A DNA stretch of 64,000 nucleotides from the NCBI RefSeq assembly GCF_963506605.1, contig NC_083282.1:36580001-36644000 (forward strand). The letters run 5' to 3'. Shown here piece after piece: positions 60,501-64,000 of the stretch; position 1 is the first letter of the stretch; every line of letters starts with the position of its first letter. Position numbers and translations under genes: made by a program. The stretch is from Zootoca vivipara (Eukaryota). The notes beneath the pieces are model-generated. The model did no database searches and had not been told where the DNA came from. It saw nothing but the letters and a program-made list of their open reading frames with translations.

Positions 60501-61604
60501 GCATTCTTGCCATTCTCCGCAGGTAAAAAAAGTTCATGGGCTGCTCATCACAACTGCAACAGTGACAATATGATGGTGATTTGGTTGCTGGCAGCCTGGT
60601 GTATTGCTGGGGTCACCACCCTTTTGTGGCCACTGGTCACATTTGGGAATTTGAGGAAGTGCTCTGTGTGCATGTCACAAAATGGCTGTCATAGGAGGTG
60701 GGGTGTTATATAAAATGGTGTTGATATACTCTCCCCCCTCCACCCAGTAAGTAGTGAAGAGAATATTTACTGGGACCTTTCTCAGCTGCCATAGAACAGA
60801 AACCTACTTCCATCTGGAACTTGAGCAACTTACTCTGTTTGCCACACCCTTAGCTAAGCTATATGCAGATTAGGGATATTCCTAATAAAATATAATTGAA
60901 ATTGAAATTTTCTCCAAAACTACATATGAGAGAAATTTATGTTAACTGAAATGTATCTATTCCAAATTCTCGAAAACCATGATCATATTTGTTCAGTGTT
61001 CCCATTGGCTTCACTAGGAAGTACAGAGGACTGATTTCTATCTTCATTTTGCAACAACATACTTTTTTTAAAGTACAGTGGTACCTCTGCATATGAATGG
61101 GATCCGTTCCAGAGTCTTGTACGCATCCAAACCAGTACTTACCCTAAAGCGCCGAATCTGTGCATGCTCCCCGCGCGATTTAGCGCTTCTGCACACGCAT
61201 ATGATGTCATTCGGTGCGTCTGTGCATGCGCGAATCACCGAACCCGGAAGTAACCCATTCTGTTACTTCCGGGTTCGGCTCATACCTATCCCGTGTCGTA
61301 CACAACCTGAAACATACGTCACTAGAGGTATGACTGTATTTGTTCCCTCAGTGATGTTTTAAACTTTGCAGCCGTTTACTGTAGCAATAGCTTTCCACTG
61401 AAACAGTCTTTTCCTCCTTGTCTTCTAGGAAAGCGAGCTTGTCTGGGAGAGCAGTTGGCGAGGACTGAGCTCTTTCTTTTCTTCACTGCCCTAATGCAGA
61501 AGTTCACTTTCCAGGCTCCAAAGAATGAGACATTAAGCCGTGAATATAGGATGGGTTTGGCATTGTCTCCCCTGCCATACCGGATATGTGCATTCTCTCG
61601 CTAA
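54397..61604 (+). CDS. CYP2J: CYP2J-like paralog D (9 exons, 495 aa, intact)
   Basis: Exons 54397-54597, 55451-55613, 56339-56488, 57320-57480, 58207-58383, 58905-59040, 59359-59543, 60384-60522, 61429-61604; 1488 nt. [23 protein letters not shown]. Confidence 0.92.
55275..55390 (-). mobile_element. Sauria SINE fragment
   Basis: tttaccttcccgctggagcggtacctatttatctacttgcac. Confidence 0.75.
55451..55613 (+). CDS. CYP2J: CYP2J-like D exon 2
   Basis: [25 protein letters not shown]|gtgagt, 163 nt. Confidence 0.9.
56339..56488 (+). CDS. CYP2J: CYP2J-like D exon 3
   Basis: [16 protein letters not shown], 150 nt. Confidence 0.9.
56629..56769. mobile_element. GC-rich hAT MITE in gene D intron 3
   Basis: cagggccg..cagccctg; TSD gtgctttg/ctgctttg. 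Confidence 0.8.
57320..57480 (+). CDS. CYP2J: CYP2J-like D exon 4
   Basis: GQPFDPH..GSFWSM|gtacgt, 161 nt. Confidence 0.9.
58207..58383 (+). CDS. CYP2J: CYP2J-like D exon 5
   Basis: LYDAFP..NEMAK|gtgaga, 177 nt. Confidence 0.9.
58905..59040 (+). CDS. CYP2J: CYP2J-like D exon 6
   Basis: AGTETTSTT, 136 nt. Confidence 0.9.
59359..59543 (+). CDS. CYP2J: CYP2J-like D exon 7
   Basis: EIQR; 185 nt (3-nt deletion). Confidence 0.9.
60143..60170 (+). pseudogene. Truncated duplicate of exon-8 5' end (ETILIANLT)
   Basis: ctttgagag|gaaaccatattgattgccaacctgact aligns to ctttgacag|ggaaccatattgcttgccaatttgac; reading on reaches TAA at 60182-60184. Confidence 0.8.
60384..60522 (+). CDS. CYP2J: CYP2J-like D exon 8
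   Basis: [16 protein letters not shown], 139 nt. Confidence 0.9.
61076..61336. mobile_element. TcMar MITE in gene D intron 8
   Basis: TA-cagtggtacctct..agaggtatgactg-TA. Confidence 0.85.
61429..61604 (+). CDS. CYP2J: CYP2J-like D exon 9
   Basis: [15 protein letters not shown] (TAA). Confidence 0.9.
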
Positions 61605-61654
61605 GGGGACCCATTTTATAGCATTGCCATTTCTTTTAAAAGTCGGATTAGTTT

Positions 61655-62270
61655 TGTTAGAACCACCAGGGCTGAACCAAGGGAAGACTGCCAACTAGAA
61701 CCAGTTGGACACAGCAGAGTATGCTCAGGCCTACAGGAAGCTTTTGGTTGCAAGGCATTGGCAAGACAGGATAGATGCAGGAACTCACTGCCACTAGTAA
61801 CTGGATAACTATATACAGCTTTATTCATATACAGCAGTCTCACAGTTACTATATACAGACTTAGAACAGACTTGGATCTTAGGAAAATAACAAAGACACT
61901 TTTCCCTCTGACTACTCTCTCTCTAAACATCAACCTTCTCATATCACTATCAACCCACTCTGAGAGTCATGATTGTCCTGTCTTTATTGTCCCCTCAGCC
62001 AATTACCAGGTTGTTGCTTCAGGCAGATTAGGAGAGAGTTCGTCTTGACCAGGCATACCCTCCAGAGGTTTTGGCCTACAACTCCCATGATCCCTAGCTA
62101 ACAGGACCAGTGGTCGGGGAAGATGGGAATTGTAGTCCAAAACATCTGGAGGCCAAAGTTTGGGGATGCCTGGTCTTGACCTAGTACTTAGCTATCTTGG
62201 CTGCTAGCCAACTCTTAATTGCTCAATGTGAGTATCTGCAAATTTGCACATAGGCATTAAAAACCCAACA
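61655..62270 (-). mobile_element. Solo LTR 50 bp after the gene D stop
   Basis: TGTTAG...CCAACA; perfect 5-bp TSD agttt; empty site in gene C (attagtttgtggg); minus-strand AATAAA near 61820. Confidence 0.85.
62050..62172. mobile_element. hAT MITE nested in the solo LTR
   Basis: caggcat..atgcctg; TSD gtcttgac. Confidence 0.88.
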
Positions 62271-62627
62271 AGTTTGTGGGGCAGAAACACACCTGTGGCT
62301 TAATCCTAATTATGTTTAGCCAGAATTGATTAGGGCTTATCCTAAGTAAGTAGGGTTGGGATTGCAGCCTGTACCTTTTTAAAAAAGTGCATTCAACGCA
62401 CACACACACACACCCCAAGGAATTCAGGCAACTATATTTTAAGGGTGCTGGGAATTGTAGCTCTCTGAGGGGTAAACTACATTTCCCATGATTCTCAGGG
62501 GTGTGTATATATCCAAATCATGTTTCATTGGTGAGGATCCAAATTCCAACCTCCCACTTCTTGGTCAGGTGGTCTATCCCACATCCCACTATTTTCAATA
62601 TTATTACGTCCTGGCTGTAGTGAAGAA

Positions 62628-62799
62628 AAGGCATTCTCGGTCGTGGCGCCTGCCCTGTGGAACGCCCTCCCAACAGATGTCAAAGAGGAAAACAACCACC
62701 AGACTTTTAGAAGGCATCTGAAGGCTTTTCAGGGAGGCTTTTTAATGTTTAATAGATTACTGTGTTTTATTTTTCTATTGGAAGCTGCCCAGAGTGCAT

Positions 62800-62847
<48 letters not shown>
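62628..62847 (+). mobile_element. L2 3' end with (AAT)n tail
   Basis: AFSVVAPALWNALP..TFRRHLK. Confidence 0.75.
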
Positions 62848-62848
<1 letters not shown>

Positions 62849-63254
62849 GAATTCCTGCCTATGTCTATAAAACTAGAAAATGTTGCTTTGAAAATTTTGT
62901 TACGAAACCAATTCATAGAATCATAGACTCATAGAATCACAGAGTTGCAAGGGACCCCAAGGCTAATCTAGGGCTGCCATATATCTGAGTTTTCCTGGAC
63001 ACATCCAGGAATTGGGCTGCCAAATGGCATCCGGGCAGATTTTTCCTGAACTGGGAAAATGTCTGTGAAAAGTAGGGGTGATTTATAAAAAATAATAATG
63101 AACAAACCCAACAATAATAATTTATAGATACCCATCTTAAATTAAACAACACTGCCCCCTAAAAGCTCAACAACTTAACACTGGGAAATATGGTCAACCC
63201 CCTTATATTTCATGCAATGTAGGACTCGAACCCATGACCCTGAGATTATCTCTG

Positions 63255-63870
63255 TTCTGTACTGTTGGCACAAACCCCAAGGCAGAGTTTAAATGTGCTT
63301 ATAAATATAGTAAATTTGGTGAGTTAAACATACAACTCTTGAGTTGGATGGTAGACAATGAATGTTCCCTAGGTTTTGTTGCTTTCCAAAAACAATTTTG
63401 TTCTTTAATAAATGGTGGATAGCAAGGTGAAAACTGAGTCTGCAAAGTCATTTCCATGAAAATAGTTAATGGGTTAAATTCTTGAATATTGCCCAGGTTT
63501 TATTATTTTCCAAAAATGTTATTGTTGTGCTTTAATATACATAGTGGATAACAAAATGAAAACTAAGTCTGCAAATTGGTTTCCAAGAAATTAGTTTAAA
63601 GTCTCAATTTGAATGTCACTCTGAAGATACATGCTCCCTTTCCATCGGTACTATTGTGTCCAGTTGAAAACGTTTAAGCAGAAATTTACTGGGGGTATTG
63701 TGCCTGCAGTTCTTTGAGAGTCTTGGGCTAGATGTATGCTTGGCCAGAACAAATCTCTGCTGTGGTGTTCTTTGAGAGAAGGAGCATGGAGTCTTAAGGC
63801 CTTTGAACAACTATTGTTATCATGGAACAGATAAAGGCTTACTCTCAGTTCTTTATAAAATCCACTGAAG
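63255..63870 (+). repeat. Copy of the CYP upstream intergenic module
   Basis: gagtttaaatgtgcttataaatatagtaa..catacaactcttgagttgg..ggtgaaaactgagtc; other copies at about 5815-6450, 8780-9110, 25620-26290, 39965-40460, 52650-53150. Confidence 0.75.
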
Positions 63871-64000
63871 GTGCATGTGCTGTTTAGAAGTTGTGATGGG
63901 AACAAAATTTGCAGCTTTCCATAGATGATAGAGACTGGGAAGGGTTGTGGAGAAACCCACCTTATAAATCAATCTTTGCTTCTGTGAGGGTCAGAAGTAC

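Overview
Eukaryotic (squamate, probably lacertid lizard) genomic DNA, judged from Sauria SINEs and BovB, CR1 and L2 LINEs. The window holds a tandem cluster of four apparently intact 9-exon CYP2J-like cytochrome P450 genes on the + strand: A 11422-20678 (496 aa), B 27018-38504 (493 aa), C 41550-49713 (497 aa) and D 54397-61604 (495 aa). All splice sites are GT-AG, frames are open, and the I-helix, ExxR and heme motifs are present. A repeated upstream module at the window end suggests a fifth paralog beyond it. The most interesting signals are rearrangement scars. Gene C looks like a D-5'/B-3' chimera with a stranded duplicate exon-5 donor at the junction. Gene D carries a dead partial exon 8 fused by microhomology to a gene-A-type intron-7/exon-8 segment. 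Paralog relationships switch from exon to exon, and substrate-recognition regions are hypervariable. Transposon content includes a Copia remnant, a Neptune-type Penelope element with a MITE inside its YIG codon, a Helitron, L1, a solo LTR, many TcMar and hAT MITEs, and a probable excision footprint. There is a 129-N assembly gap. No prokaryotic-type systems or RNA genes were seen. All alignments were done by eye.
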